From: Octopus sinensis
Lineage: Eukaryota
Length of the DNA stretch: 41,599 bases
Direction of reading: 5' to 3'
Assembly (NCBI RefSeq): GCF_006345805.1
Contig: NW_021835743.1
Span: forward strand, 1-41,599
Positions 40,041-41,599 of the stretch are shown here, in pieces. Both the position numbers and the translations under genes were made by a program. Positions within the stretch are counted from its first letter, which is position 1. Each line of letters begins with the position of its first letter. Below the pieces are notes generated by a model that was not told where the DNA came from, did not search any database, and was given only the letters and a program-made list of their open reading frames with translations.

Positions 40041-41377
40041 CTTAAATTCATTTGTTGACATGATATTTAGTGAGTTCATTACAAGAGTTTGTAAAACTAA
40101 AAGTACTCAAAGATAGTAATTCCATTCTTTGATAGATGTTCTACATTAATGGGACCGGTGAAACTGGTAAAAGTTTGGCAACAAGAGTAAAAACTTTTAA
40201 TGGGATTTCTATATCTAACAAATGGTAAAAAAAAAAACTCTCAAAATAACTGAGCAGCAGGTCCCCTTGGGCAAGTGTTTCGCCCTTAACTTCTTACACA
40301 CTAAAAGGACCGGGCCGCATCCTAGGTACCATTCTACTGATACTTTTTAGCCCTTTGGATATCGGAGACTCATTGTGCATTTACACCACTTGAGATTTCA
40401 TTTATCTGGAACTCTTCTCCGTTGACTCGGCTTTCTAAAACATTCTTTGACTATATTTGTGCAAACATTATACATTCAAGCTAAAAACCTGATTACACCA
40501 TAGGATTTTTCTATGTTTGATTCTAGGTTTTGGAAATTCATGATTTATTCTCTCCTGTATTTAAAAAACAACCATTGCTAAATGCTTCGTTACAAAATCA
40601 GTAAACTTGTGCTAAGACATTTGAATCTGGAGAATTGGGTGATATACGCCTACATAAGCTGCAAATTAAATTACGGAAGATATTTGATGGATGGTTTGAC
40701 CCGTTAATCATATAAAATGACCTTTCATTAGGTTTATGATAAGGGAAAATTTATTAGCGTCTAAATCAATTGGTGTAAGTTGAAAATGAACTTTTAACAA
40801 ATTGCTTTTGGCAGTAAAGTTTGATTGTAATTCTCCAAACAACGTTGCAATGGTATATTTTCTAAATTTATCTACGCCATTCCCCTCCACCCATTCACAA
40901 ACATGCATACATATATACTTATATATATTTACATACACACATATATATATACACATATATATGTATATATAAGTGTGTGTGTGTTTTGGAAATATATATA
41001 TAAACTGCCACGCGCGTATATGTATATATATATACGTTTATATACGTATGTGAGTAGAAATGTTTTAGTATAGGTGTGTATATAAATGTATGTGTATGCG
41101 ATGTCTATGCTGTACATATGTACATGTGTCTATGTATATGTGTGTGTGACTGTGTGTGCTTGAATGCGTACGTGTTTGTTCGTGTGTTTGTGCATGTGTT
41201 TGTGCGTGGGTGTATGTGTGTGTCCGCTTTTCTTTTATTCTCTGTATGCGTGTGCGATTGTGTATAAGTATGCGTGCGTGTATATTTACCAAGTGAGCGC
41301 GTGTGGACGTGTGTATACACGCGTACACGTTTACCCTATCTTCCGATCATTATTTTTGCTCCATCTAATTGTCTGCT

Positions 41378-41443
41378 ACCGGAAGTGGAACGACCGGAAG
41401 TAGTGACAAACGGTCCTAAGTTGATACCTTGTTACCTCCGCCC
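41378..41443. promoter_or_regulatory. Tandem ETS (ACCGGAAGT x2) plus GC box; candidate promoter
   Basis: ACCGGAAGT at 41378-41386 and 41393-41401, CCGCCC at 41438-41443, in a CpG-rich patch. Confidence 0.3.
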
Positions 41444-41518
41444 TCCACCCATAGCCCACCAGTAGAGTCAACCTTTACCGCCGGATTAAGCTAGGTTGCT
41501 TCCGTCGACGTCGCAACC

Positions 41519-41525
41519 ATTGTTG

Positions 41526-41557
<32 letters not shown>

Positions 41558-41599
41558 GGTGGTGGTGGTGGTGGTGGTGGTGGTGGTGGTGGTGGTGTT
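41519..41599. repeat. (GTT)n/(GGT)n microsatellite
   Basis: Direct reading; runs off the window end. Confidence 0.95.

Overview
Eukaryotic, extremely microsatellite-rich (TA, CA, GATA, ATT, CCA) genomic DNA. The SINE families and repeat landscape look like an octopus (coleoid cephalopod); this is inferred from recall and was not database-checked. Almost all ORFs in the supplied track are translated microsatellites. Only two convincing protein-coding pieces were found, both on the + strand: a 42-bp exon (1364-1405) and a His/Pro-rich terminal coding exon (29249-29510). They are phase-compatible across an apparent intron of ~27.8 kb, and the gene could not be named. The rest is a nest of mobile-element relics: tRNA-derived SINEs of at least three families; a complete-looking non-autonomous Helitron (15287-17709) carrying ~13 copies of a 116-bp satellite; a 409-bp foldback MITE; a Naiad-like Penelope reverse-transcriptase relic; an internally deleted DD37D (maT) Tc1/mariner; and L1/Tx1 and RTE LINE fragments. 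The most unusual signal is a set of six dispersed minimal hammerhead-ribozyme-like motifs from about five sequence families, all with deviations from the canonical core, together with a strongly paired, possibly pseudoknotted RNA-like element at 31853-31966. No CRISPR array, rRNA or intact tRNA gene was found.
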